A DNA stretch of 63,120 bases, from positions 1 to 63,120 of the forward strand of contig CAZCQN010000001.1 in the NCBI GenBank assembly GCA_964500825.1, read 5' to 3'. The position numbers and the translations under genes are program-made. The stretch is from an uncultured Verrucomicrobiota bacterium. GTDB taxonomy: Bacteria > Auribacterota > JABMQX01 > JAFGEW01. A model generated the notes under the pieces. That model did no database searches and was not told the origin of the DNA. It worked only from the letters and a program-made list of their open reading frames with translations. Shown piece after piece: positions 39,613-48,611 of this stretch; within the stretch, counting starts at the first letter, position 1; each line of letters begins with the position of its first letter.

Positions 39613-41178
39613 ATGATGGGTCGCAAGCTTGTTCTCATTTGCCTGGCACTGATCGCCATCGCGCTGGTGTCTGTGCGGGCGCAAGCTGAAAACAGGATGT
39701 TGACGGTCTCTTTCCGCGTCGAGGTTGAGACGGTCTCCGTGGGCGAGTCGCCCTGGGGCGCCTACGGTTATCCCGCCACCAAGGCGACGTTCATCCTCGA
39801 CTGGAACGACTACGACGGAACGCCTAACGGCACGCAATACAAGGTGCGCAGGTCGATCGACGGCGGAGACTGGGAAAACCTTGGCACGGTCATTGACACG
39901 CAAGGTACCCAATATGCAGATGCCATAGACCCCGTCTATTTGCCGGGCAACGCGGCCTGGGTGCAGGCGGCCGCGGAAGCGCAGGCGAAGCGCATGGCCA
40001 CCGCTGGAGGCAAAAGCACGACCTATGAGGTCTTCACTTACCCCTGCAACAACCACCGGGGAGAGATCGAACTCAATGCTGAGTGCGAGAGCAACGCTGC
40101 GGGTGGAATCGCATCGACTTCCTCGGGGAGCAGCTCGGCGGCTTCAGACGCATCAGGCAACTCGCCGACGGGGTTCTATGTCAACTACACCACCAAGCTT
40201 ATCGATACCTATGTGGGTTGGACGTCCGAACAGAACCCCGGCATCATGCGCGAGACCGACATCTGCCCCGGCTGGGTCCACAATTGGGACAAGCGCTTGG
40301 TGCGATTCGACATCGATGATGGCGGCTACAAGTATGAGCTCTGGCGCGGCACGAGCCGGATCGGCTTCTCCGAGGATGAGAATGGCGGATTTCACTGCGA
40401 TCCCGATGTCAAGAACTTCTCCGTGGTTTTGTGGACGTACTCCGACCCTGACGAGCTGCAGGTCCGCTACGGCGGCCGCGTGTACTACTTCGACTATGAC
40501 TTCAGCGGCGCAGAGGATTGGCAGAAGATCACCGAAGAGCTGAAGATCCACCAAGAGTCATCCTCAGGCTTTGATGGATACTACCTGCATTACGAGTACA
40601 ACGACACCAGCGGCTTACTCGAGACGATCAGCGACAACTCGAACACACCGCTCCTTGGCTTCTGGTACGACGACAATGACCAACTGGAGTCGGTCACGGC
40701 TAACACCGACGGCGATGATGATGCCGACGACGTGGTCGTGGCAAAACTCACGTATGATGCAGGCGAAGTCCGGATGTTGGCTCAGATCGATTACTGGCAC
40801 GGCACCGCGGAAGCGCAGACATACAAGTATTTCTATGACGACACCTACGAGAAGGTGCTCGAGCAGGAGGAGCGTCCTTCTGGCGATAGAATCGTCTACG
40901 AGTACGCCGACTTCATCGATGGCGATGCCGATTCGCGCGACATCGCCCAGAGCTTCGTGTTCCTGAACAAACAAACCGTGCAACATGGCGAAGACCCGCC
41001 CGAGACGACTAATCATCTTCGCACCGAGACTCAGGTTGTCATGGACGTGGATAGGGCCCTACAGGCTCGTCATGCGCGCGGCCGAGGGCGAGACCGGAGA
41101 CCCCACGAAGTGGTACTATACGCGCGAGTACTTCCCGAGGAAGGAAGAGGAGGGCGACGCCCTATACACGGTATATGA
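39613..41178 (+). CDS. RHS/YD-repeat toxin, 5' part (Sec signal peptide, FN3-like and unknown N-terminal domains, first YD repeats); frame breaks near 41054-41060
   Basis: ATG at 39613 with GGAGGTAGG RBS. MMGRKLVLICLALIAIALVSVRAQA signal peptide. YKVRRSIDGGDWENLGTV (FN3-like). YD-type repeats LHYEYNDTSGLLETISD, KLTYDAGEVRMLAQIDY, IVYEYADF. After ..QVVMDVDRA the frame turns into Arg-rich nonsense. Confidence 0.7.
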   Translation: MMGRKLVLICLALIAIALVSVRAQAENRMLTVSFRVEVETVSVGESPWGAYGYPATKATFILDWNDYDGTPNGTQYKVRRSIDGGDWENLGTVIDTQGTQYADAIDPVYLPGNAAWVQAAAEAQAKRMATAGGKSTTYEVFTYPCNNHRGEIELNAECESNAAGGIASTSSGSSSAASDASGNSPTGFYVNYTTKLIDTYVGWTSEQNPGIMRETDICPGWVHNWDKRLVRFDIDDGGYKYELWRGTSRIGFSEDENGGFHCDPDVKNFSVVLWTYSDPDELQVRYGGRVYYFDYDFSGAEDWQKITEELKIHQESSSGFDGYYLHYEYNDTSGLLETISDNSNTPLLGFWYDDNDQLESVTANTDGDDDADDVVVAKLTYDAGEVRMLAQIDYWHGTAEAQTYKYFYDDTYEKVLEQEERPSGDRIVYEYADFIDGDADSRDIAQSFVFLNKQTVQHGEDPPETTNHLRTETQVVMDVDRALQARHARGRGRDRRPHEVVLYARVLPEEGRGGRRPIHGI

Positions 41179-44100
41179 GTCTGAGACGGTCAGAAAGAAT
41201 GGCGATGAGTGGGAAGTCCTCTGGACGCGTACAACCAGAATCGGCCTCAAGGGAATGGTTGCAGAAACGCTTCTGGAGGGCGAGCACGACGAAGGCACCT
41301 TTTGCGAGAAAACAACGTACGAGTACAGCTTCAACGAGAACGAGGACGTGACGGAAGTCAAAAGCCGCACGCGGCGCACGAGCGGCGACCCAGCCGGCAG
41401 CTACGACTCGACGACGACGTACACGTATGCCCTGGGGAACAACAAAGTCAAGAAGACTGTAACTGAGGGCCCGGACGGCGTGAAGCACGTAACCGAGTAC
41501 ATCGTCGTCGATGAGGAGACACAATACGGCACCCTCGAGTACGCTCAGGACCGCATCGCCAAGAGCTGGACCGAGGACGCATCCGGGAACAAGACAGACG
41601 AAGTTGAGTATGCCTATTATGGCAGCGACGACTCGATGCGCAAGTTCAAGCTCGCATGGGTCCAGAACGCCTGCTGCGGGACGACTGAATACGACTGGAA
41701 CGCCGATCACACGCTCAAGAGCGTCGAGGATCCTTTGGGCAACAAGACCGAGTACGTCTATAGCTATGCTGATTCAGGGTCATTTGACCAGCCGTGGAAG
41801 GTTAAGCGGCCGGGCCAGAACGGTCAGACCCTCGAGATGGTCCACACCTACACGGCAAGCAACCAGATTGAGACGGCGACCTTTCCGCCGGCCGAGTCTG
41901 GCGCGGAGCAGTTCGTCGTCGAGTATGAATACGACGATGACGGACGGATTACGCAGGTTCGCAGAAGGTACGGCTCAACATACACCTCGCGCGTCAAGTA
42001 CGCGTATGCGACGGACGGCTCCGCCTTCCTCGAGAAGATCGAGCGGGCGGAAGACCCCAACGACGCGGGCGAGGAGTACGAGTGGGTCGTCATGGCCGCG
42101 TACACCTACGATTTGAGCGGCGCGGTGACAAAGGTCCGTAACGGCCAGGATAACCCCCAGAGCGGCGGCGACAGCGAAGTCCAGTCCATCTACGACGAGT
42201 ATGGCCGCATCGCGAAGAAGCGTGTGCGAAAGGCAGGCGCGCCCGGCACGGACGAGACGGACGACTACTTCGTCGTCACCACGTACGACTACTACCCCAA
42301 CGGCGGCATCTGGAAGGTTACCGATGCCCGTGGCGTTACCGTTGAACATGAGTATTGTGATGACAACAACGTCAACGCCGGCAAGCTCGAGACGATCGAC
42401 TTCCCGAACGACAGCGACATCGCCTACACGTATGATGCGACCACCGGCTACGTGACACAGGTCACCCAGGGCGGCTTGAGCGTCCTCTGGAGCTATGACA
42501 ACTTCGGCCGCCTCAAGCAGTACACGGACGTCTGGGGCAAGACGATCAACATTGACGGCTACGACGCGTCGGGTAGAATCACCGCATGGCGGTACCCCGG
42601 CTACTCGGCCGGGAGCGAGATCGCCTACAGCTACGACGACGTCGGCCGCCTGACGACGATCACCGACAAGATGCCGGCCGGCGACGACCAGGTCACCGAG
42701 ATCGACTACGACCAGGACACGGGCGCCATGGTCACGGTCACCCTGCCAAACGACACGGTCACCACGCTCGAATATGACAACCTCGGCCGCCTCACCGCGC
42801 TCGTGAACGCCAAGAGCGAGGGCGGCGAGACGATCACCTCGTACGCCTACGACTACACAAACAACGGCGTCCACAGCGGCTTCGGCCAGGTCGAGCAAAT
42901 CACCCACGAGGACGGCCGGTACGACACGTTCGCCTACGACGCCCACGAACGCCTCATCACCGAGCACTACCGGACGCCGCAGGACACGACGCTCTTTCGG
43001 TACGGCTATGAGTACGACGACGACGGCAACCGGCTCAGCAAGCAGTACGACGGCAATGCGAACAAGGTGGTCTGGTTCTCGGACGAGACCGACCGCACGA
43101 TGATCGACAACGACTTCGGCCCGTCAAACCAGCTGGCGCGGATGTGGACCGGAAGCGGCAAGACGACGGGCACGAAGCACACGGTCTGCGGGTCGTTCGA
43201 GGACGAGAACATCGCGTCGATCGAGGTGGTCTCCAAGACGACGGGCGACACGGAGGTCGACAGCGTGACGGCCCAGATTCGCGACGGGCTCTTCATTGCA
43301 CGGGCCCTGAACTTCTTCGACGGCTCGAACCTGGCGACGAAGGCGACGGCCACGGCGACAGATCTCGCGAACTACACGGACGTCGAGACGAACACGGGCA
43401 TTGACCTCGACACGACGTTGGATGTCTGGTACGAGTATGACGCGGCGGGCCGCCGTACGAAGAAGTGCGAGGCGGGCGAGTACGACTCGGGCGACCCGTA
43501 CACGCAGTACTACTGGAACGACGCCGGCTACCTCAAGCAGGTCGACATCGACTACGGCACGGACGCGACGCCCCGCTACGCGCGCGCGTGGCTGACGTGG
43601 GACCCAACAGGCGAGCTCGTCAAGCTCGAGATCCGGAGCGGCTCCGTCCTCACCGAGTTGACGCCCGGCTCTGGCGGCACCCTTGTCTACCTCACCAAGT
43701 GGACCTACTTCGGCGGCGCCGTCCTCGTCGAGCGTGACGAAGTCCCGGCCACCCCCAAGGAGAAGGAGTATGTCTCCGTGGCCGGCGCCTACCTCTACCA
43801 GGTCGACGCGTCCGACGCCTACTGGTATTACCGCTACGACGGTGGCGGTTCCGTCGCCGCCCTCACCGACGCCTCGGAGAACATCAAAGCCCTCTACGAA
43901 TACGACTCGTTCGGCCTCAAGCTCACCAACGCCGGCACCGTCGAGAACACTTTCGGCTTCTACGGCGGCACGCTGCTCGAGAAGGTCGGCCTCATCCACC
44001 AAGGGGGTCCGCGTTTCTACGAGGCCGAGACGGGGGTCAACCTGTCGAGGCGAAGCGACTTGGGCAACAGCACAACCAGGGCCACCTCCGTCGCCGTCGC

Positions 44101-44800
44101 GGCGCTAGCCTTCGCGGGCGCCCTAGTCCTTGCAGGTCGTGGAAGAATCCGCCGCTCGGTCGCTTTTCTTGCGATCTGCATAGGGGTCGGGGCTGTGTTG
44201 TGTCTTGTTACGGTCCCTTACGGCTTTCCCGCCGGCTCGTGGAAGTTCAATGTGACTCGTCATGCTGACCAGCCGGGCCAAGTGGACCTTGAGATAGGCT
44301 ACCGCCCCGATGCTGAGGAGGCAGAGAGATGCGAAGAGATATTCTTTCGCCAGATTGCGTGGTCGCAATACCGGACAAGACACGGGTGGCGTAACACCAA
44401 CCTGGGCGGGTGGCATTGCGACCCGCCAGGTTCCGATCGCTACCCTGACCAGAGGCCGTTGCCGCATTCCGACGGATCCGTAAGTGCAGCTATGTCAGAT
44501 GATCCCGGCCGGTCGCCAGGCGTTGGCCGTTCGAATATGCGTCAACGCTTTGAAACGTGCGCCGTATGCGAGGAGTGCGAGTCGGGCCAGCTTGTTGCTC
44601 TTTCATGCATTCGGTGGCAGCTCACCGTCTCCAACAACAGGGCACAAACGGTATTCATCCAGACAGCGGGGGACAGGGACACAGGCCGCCGACCTCTCGT
44701 GCTGCTGCCGGCCAGCGACGAGCGTGCCTGTGGTGTTATGAACATGGCGGGGCTGCCGGCCTCCGAAACCTTCCTGAGTCTGTACGATGATATGCACTGA
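40985..44800 (+). CDS. RHS/YD-repeat toxin, core and C-terminal domain (continuation of 39613 after a +1 frame change)
   Basis: The meaningful sequence starts at ..GPYRLVMRAAEGETGDPTKWYYTREYF (about 41056). Dozens of YD repeats follow (TTYTYALGNNKV, VEYAYYGSDD, YDWNADHTLKSVEDPLGNKTEYVYS, ITSYAYDYTNNG..). The core end YRYDGGGSVAALTD..YEYDSFGL..FYGG is followed by a degenerate RFYEAETGVNLSRRSDLG. The ~270-aa tail has two TM helices (SVAVAALAFAGALVLAG, VAFLAICIGVGAVLCLVTV). Confidence 0.85.
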   Translation: MAKTRPRRLIIFAPRLRLSWTWIGPYRLVMRAAEGETGDPTKWYYTREYFPRKEEEGDALYTVYESETVRKNGDEWEVLWTRTTRIGLKGMVAETLLEGEHDEGTFCEKTTYEYSFNENEDVTEVKSRTRRTSGDPAGSYDSTTTYTYALGNNKVKKTVTEGPDGVKHVTEYIVVDEETQYGTLEYAQDRIAKSWTEDASGNKTDEVEYAYYGSDDSMRKFKLAWVQNACCGTTEYDWNADHTLKSVEDPLGNKTEYVYSYADSGSFDQPWKVKRPGQNGQTLEMVHTYTASNQIETATFPPAESGAEQFVVEYEYDDDGRITQVRRRYGSTYTSRVKYAYATDGSAFLEKIERAEDPNDAGEEYEWVVMAAYTYDLSGAVTKVRNGQDNPQSGGDSEVQSIYDEYGRIAKKRVRKAGAPGTDETDDYFVVTTYDYYPNGGIWKVTDARGVTVEHEYCDDNNVNAGKLETIDFPNDSDIAYTYDATTGYVTQVTQGGLSVLWSYDNFGRLKQYTDVWGKTINIDGYDASGRITAWRYPGYSAGSEIAYSYDDVGRLTTITDKMPAGDDQVTEIDYDQDTGAMVTVTLPNDTVTTLEYDNLGRLTALVNAKSEGGETITSYAYDYTNNGVHSGFGQVEQITHEDGRYDTFAYDAHERLITEHYRTPQDTTLFRYGYEYDDDGNRLSKQYDGNANKVVWFSDETDRTMIDNDFGPSNQLARMWTGSGKTTGTKHTVCGSFEDENIASIEVVSKTTGDTEVDSVTAQIRDGLFIARALNFFDGSNLATKATATATDLANYTDVETNTGIDLDTTLDVWYEYDAAGRRTKKCEAGEYDSGDPYTQYYWNDAGYLKQVDIDYGTDATPRYARAWLTWDPTGELVKLEIRSGSVLTELTPGSGGTLVYLTKWTYFGGAVLVERDEVPATPKEKEYVSVAGAYLYQVDASDAYWYYRYDGGGSVAALTDASENIKALYEYDSFGLKLTNAGTVENTFGFYGGTLLEKVGLIHQGGPRFYEAETGVNLSRRSDLGNSTTRATSVAVAALAFAGALVLAGRGRIRRSVAFLAICIGVGAVLCLVTVPYGFPAGSWKFNVTRHADQPGQVDLEIGYRPDAEEAERCEEIFFRQIAWSQYRTRHGWRNTNLGGWHCDPPGSDRYPDQRPLPHSDGSVSAAMSDDPGRSPGVGRSNMRQRFETCAVCEECESGQLVALSCIRWQLTVSNNRAQTVFIQTAGDRDTGRRPLVLLPASDERACGVMNMAGLPASETFLSLYDDMH

Positions 44801-44825
44801 TCAAGACGTGCAGGAACGCAGTGCC

Positions 44826-46025
44826 ATGCGGTCGTGCGCACTTGTCGCGCCATGGAAGCGGCTCGTCTTTGCGGCGGCCGCGGTGCTTCTCCCGATCGTG
44901 GCTTGTGGCGAAGGCGTAAGCGCAAGCGTGGAGGTTCGCTGCGTCTACGAGACCGGTGGAGACCCGATTCCGGGAGTCATTGTCGAAGTAGTTCCGTCTG
45001 ATAGCAGTGGCCATGAGCTCAGAAGCTGGGTACTCAGGCGACGAGAAGCAAAAAGCCAAGCGACGAGTGCTGACGGCACAGCTTTGTTTCAGGGAATACC
45101 GGTGGGTGACTACGATGTTGTCGTGATGAATCCATATGATCTCTGTCACATGCGCGAGCTTGGGGCAACCAAGTTCCGGTGCATGGGCGAGTTGCCTCGC
45201 CAGACCGTGAGCCTGTCGGCCGAAAAGCCGCGGGCTGAGGTCACGTTCCGCTTGGAGAAGGGCGCAAGTCTGGAAGGGCATGTGCGAAGAAGGGGCGGAA
45301 GTCCCCTGTGTGGCGTGATGCTCAGCGTGCTCGAGCGGGATTCAGGAGAGGAAGTCGCACGTGGGGTTACCGACGACCGTGGGCATTACGAACTTAGGGG
45401 GTTGTCTGTTGGGAGGCCGGCTCTCCTTCGCATCGTTTCCACTGACTGCATCCGCCCAGATGAACTCGATCGGCTACCAGTTGTCTTCCGTCGGCCGTAT
45501 GTGCTTTGGGAAGAGGATGTGAACCCCCGCGAGATGACGAATATCGTCGACGTCCATGTGCCGACCATGTCGCTGATGACGCACGTCGATGTCCTCCAGC
45601 CCATCTGGCCGTTCCCGCGCCAGCGCGGCTTGGTGGTCGGGGTGTGGGTGGGTGATACGGCATCTCCGCCGTCCGGCATGCCCGAAATCCGATTCGACCT
45701 AGGTCATGGGACGCGCGTTGTGACATCCGGGTTGGCTTGCGAGCGCCACGAGGTTCTGCTGCCCGACATGCCAATCGGACCTGATTTGACTGCTGCTGTC
45801 GGGGTTCTTGTGCCCGATACGCGCTCCGTTCCTCGGAGCGTCCGGGATTACCGCTTGTTCAAGCAGATAAAGACTCACGCCGGCGTCGACAGGGCCGAGT
45901 TCGCCTTCCACGCGCCATACGCGATCCTGTCTCGTGTGTTTTGGGTTGCGGCGATTGCGGGGCTCATCGCGGTGCACGCCATTGTGCTCCTCCGGTGCCG
46001 CATCCGAAGGAAGACTAGGCAGTAG
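44826..46025 (+). CDS. Lipoprotein-like protein with carboxypeptidase-regulatory-like domains and a C-terminal TM; positional candidate immunity or accessory gene for the main RHS
   Basis: Start taken at MRSCALVAPWKRLVFAAAAVLLPIVAC (lipobox-like); the track ORF starts at 44787, overlapping the RHS stop. IPGVIVEVVPSD..TSADGTALFQGIPVGDYDVVV and LEGHVRRRGGSPLCGVMLSVL..TDDRGHYELRGLSVG. C-terminal helix VFWVAAIAGLIAVHAIVLL. Confidence 0.65.
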   Translation: MRSCALVAPWKRLVFAAAAVLLPIVACGEGVSASVEVRCVYETGGDPIPGVIVEVVPSDSSGHELRSWVLRRREAKSQATSADGTALFQGIPVGDYDVVVMNPYDLCHMRELGATKFRCMGELPRQTVSLSAEKPRAEVTFRLEKGASLEGHVRRRGGSPLCGVMLSVLERDSGEEVARGVTDDRGHYELRGLSVGRPALLRIVSTDCIRPDELDRLPVVFRRPYVLWEEDVNPREMTNIVDVHVPTMSLMTHVDVLQPIWPFPRQRGLVVGVWVGDTASPPSGMPEIRFDLGHGTRVVTSGLACERHEVLLPDMPIGPDLTAAVGVLVPDTRSVPRSVRDYRLFKQIKTHAGVDRAEFAFHAPYAILSRVFWVAAIAGLIAVHAIVLLRCRIRRKTRQ

Positions 46026-46034
46026 AAGGTGTAG

Positions 46035-47780
46035 CACTGGGAACGCGAGCTCGTCAACGCAAAATCCCTCGGCGGCGAGACGATCACCTCGTACGCCTAC
46101 GACTACAAGGACAACGGCGTCCACGGCGGCTTCGGCCAGGTCGAGAAGATCACGCACGAGGACGGCCGGTACGACACCTTCTCGTACGACGCCCACGAAC
46201 GCCTCGCGACCGAGCACTACCGGACGCCGCAGGACGCGACGCTGTTCCGTTACGATTACACCTACGACGACGATGGGAATAGGTACCGGAAGGAGTACCG
46301 GGACGACGATTCCCTGCGGGTGTATTATTCGGACGCTGGTGGGCAGACGTCGGACGGCGAGGATACGAACCTGGCGCCGTCCAACCGCGTCGTGCGCGCG
46401 TGGACCAAGACGGGCGCGGGCGAGAAGCTGATGGGCAACAAGCTTAACGTGACGGGCTCGTACACGGAGACGAACCTGTGGTCGATCTCGGTCGAAGCGA
46501 ACGACTCTGGCTCACCGGTGGACGCCACGTTCCGCGACGGCTTCTGGATCGCGCGCGGCGTGTCTTTGAACGATGACGACGACAACACGCTCGAGGCGAC
46601 GATCACCGACCTGGGCGAGAACTCGTCGACGTACCCCGTCTCGCCGGCCACGTACCCGACGAAGCTTGACCGCAACCTGAACGTGGCATACGAATACGAC
46701 GCCGCGGGGAACGTGAAGAAGAAGACGCACGTCGTGGATTACGACGAGGGAGGGGGCGGCACCTACATCACGCGCTACTTCTATGACGACGCCAACCGCC
46801 TCGAGTACGTCGACTACGGTTGGACGGACGACGACGACGTCCACTACGTCTACGGCCCGATCGGCCAGCGCGTCGCGATCGAGTATGGCGAGATCGACCT
46901 CGACGGCGAGGTTTTTGACGACTTCACACCCGCGTCTGCTCGAGGCTTCGTCTGCTGGGGCGGAAACGTCCTCGAGGAGTGGACCGTCAGCGGGGGCTCG
47001 CTTGGCTCTTTGGTGTATCGCTACGTGCGCAATCCCGCCACCGACCTGGGCGGCGGGATCGGCTCGATCATCTACCAGATCGACGCCGCGGAAGAACCGC
47101 GCGACTACCGCTACTACCACTACAACCACAAGGGCGACACGGGCGCGCTGACGGATGAGGATGGCGACATCGTTGCCTGGTACGAGTACGACGCCTGGGG
47201 CAACGTCGTCACCGAGTGGGAGGCGAGCGGCGTCGAGAACGAGTTCCGCTTCTCGACCAAGCAGTGGGACGCCACGCCCTCGGGCCCGCCCGACGTCGGC
47301 CTCATCTACTTCGGCGCCCGCTACCTCGACACCGAACTCGGCCGCTGGGCCCAACTCGACCCGGCCGGGACGGTCGATGGGGTCAATGTCTACGTCTATG
47401 CGCGTGGGAACCCAACAGTTGCCATAGATCCTCACGGGCTGTTGGTCTTGTGTCCCCTGCTGAGCGCGTTGTGTGATGCGTCGTACGACGCCGCAGAGGA
47501 ATCCATTAACGACATAGACTGGGATGTGACGGATGCCGAAGACCTTGCGTGCCAGCTAGAGCCAATAATGGAGCAACTCACCGCGGCAGTGGCTAACTGC
47601 ACGTTGGCGCTGCAGGTGTGCGCGGGAGAGGGCTTGGGGGTCGGAGCAGCGGATTGCTACATGAGGCTTTTCGATATTCGGGGCCTCGTAGATGACCTAG
47701 GCGATAGGGTGCTTAGATGGCTAGGTATACCTATACATGAGCCGGTTGCTCCCCCGCCCCCCGGGCACTACATCGTATGA
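46035..47780 (+). CDS. Orphan rhs C-terminal cassette 1 (core fragment plus distinct ~110-aa C-terminal tip); no start codon at the homology boundary
   Basis: The frame opens right after an in-frame TAG at 46032. LVNAKSLGGETITSYAYDYKDNGVHGGFGQVEKITHEDGRYDTFSYDAHERL matches the main gene at about 42800-42960 (LVNAKSEGGETITSYAYDYTNNGVHSGFGQVEQITHEDGRYDTFAYDAHERL). It ends with the canonical YFGARYLDTELGRWAQLDPAGTVDGVNVYVYARGNPTVAIDPHGL, then the tip LVLCPLLSALCDASYD... The first in-frame start is GTG at 46320. Confidence 0.75.
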   Translation, partial: HWERELVNAKSLGGETITSYAYDYKDNGVHGGFGQVEKITHEDGRYDTFSYDAHERLATEHYRTPQDATLFRYDYTYDDDGNRYRKEYRDDDSLRVYYSDAGGQTSDGEDTNLAPSNRVVRAWTKTGAGEKLMGNKLNVTGSYTETNLWSISVEANDSGSPVDATFRDGFWIARGVSLNDDDDNTLEATITDLGENSSTYPVSPATYPTKLDRNLNVAYEYDAAGNVKKKTHVVDYDEGGGGTYITRYFYDDANRLEYVDYGWTDDDDVHYVYGPIGQRVAIEYGEIDLDGEVFDDFTPASARGFVCWGGNVLEEWTVSGGSLGSLVYRYVRNPATDLGGGIGSIIYQIDAAEEPRDYRYYHYNHKGDTGALTDEDGDIVAWYEYDAWGNVVTEWEASGVENEFRFSTKQWDATPSGPPDVGLIYFGARYLDTELGRWAQLDPAGTVDGVNVYVYARGNPTVAIDPHGLLVLCPLLSALCDASYDAAEESINDIDWDVTDAEDLACQLEPIMEQLTAAVANCTLALQVCAGEGLGVGAADCYMRLFDIRGLVDDLGDRVLRWLGIPIHEPVAPPPPGHYIV

Positions 47781-47990
47781 GAGAATGGCCGCGGCGCCAA
47801 CGCGCGCCACGCCCGGAGTAGGCACTTGAGGAACCAGAACTCTGGGCACGGTTTGCGGTTCTTCCTGGCGAATGCAAGAAAGAGAGGCGGGCCGCGAGTT
47901 GTCATTCTTTAGCTGTCGGCGTGTGTGGGATATGGCCTTCGGCCGCGATGTTGGCACGTCTACACTGAGAATGCTGGAGTCAAGAATGGC

Positions 47991-48611
47991 ATGAAAGCGA
48001 ATCTGAGTTTGACGTTACTTGTTGCTGGTACCCTTGCGCTTGCAGCTGCGTGGGCCGGGTGCGCCGGCGATCACTCTCCTGGTAAGGCCCGCACAGCTGG
48101 TCAGGATTGTCCGCAAGCGAACAGCGAACTAAGGCAGGAAGACGATACCAGACCAGGTGTCGGACACTGGCTGCTGCTGAGGCTCGCAGCGTTCAGGGAT
48201 TCGAGCCAGATCGCGGAGTTGGTTGATGTCGACCGCTGCTCGGGCGAGCCATGGGACAAGTTGGTCTTTGTGTCAGTTCTGGCAACGGAGCAGGAAGTGG
48301 ACGCGGCACTGCCCGACGAAAACCGACCGATGAGATGCGTTGTCCGCCTATGCTCGCTGGTGGCGGACACCAATGGTGTGAGTTCGTTCCTCGTGTTCCG
48401 TGATCATCGCATCACGTTTCACGGTCGGCTCCCCGGATTCCACCTGGCTGAGCCATCCCTGTTGGTGATCAAGAGAGGCGACGGCGCACGGCTTAGACTC
48501 CAGAGGAAGCACAGTGAGCGTTGCGAAGTGTGGAAACCGGGGGATATCATAGTTGTCTCGGGCGTTCTGCGCGAAGGGGCGAAGTCAAGGCATCTCCAAG
48601 AAGAGGATTGA
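47991..48611 (+). CDS. Hypothetical lipoprotein; positional candidate immunity protein for cassette 1
   Basis: ATG at 47991 gives MKANLSLTLLVAGTLALAAAWAGC (lipobox). 206 aa, lower GC, immediately downstream of the cassette 1 tip. Confidence 0.55.
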   Translation: MKANLSLTLLVAGTLALAAAWAGCAGDHSPGKARTAGQDCPQANSELRQEDDTRPGVGHWLLLRLAAFRDSSQIAELVDVDRCSGEPWDKLVFVSVLATEQEVDAALPDENRPMRCVVRLCSLVADTNGVSSFLVFRDHRITFHGRLPGFHLAEPSLLVIKRGDGARLRLQRKHSERCEVWKPGDIIVVSGVLREGAKSRHLQEED

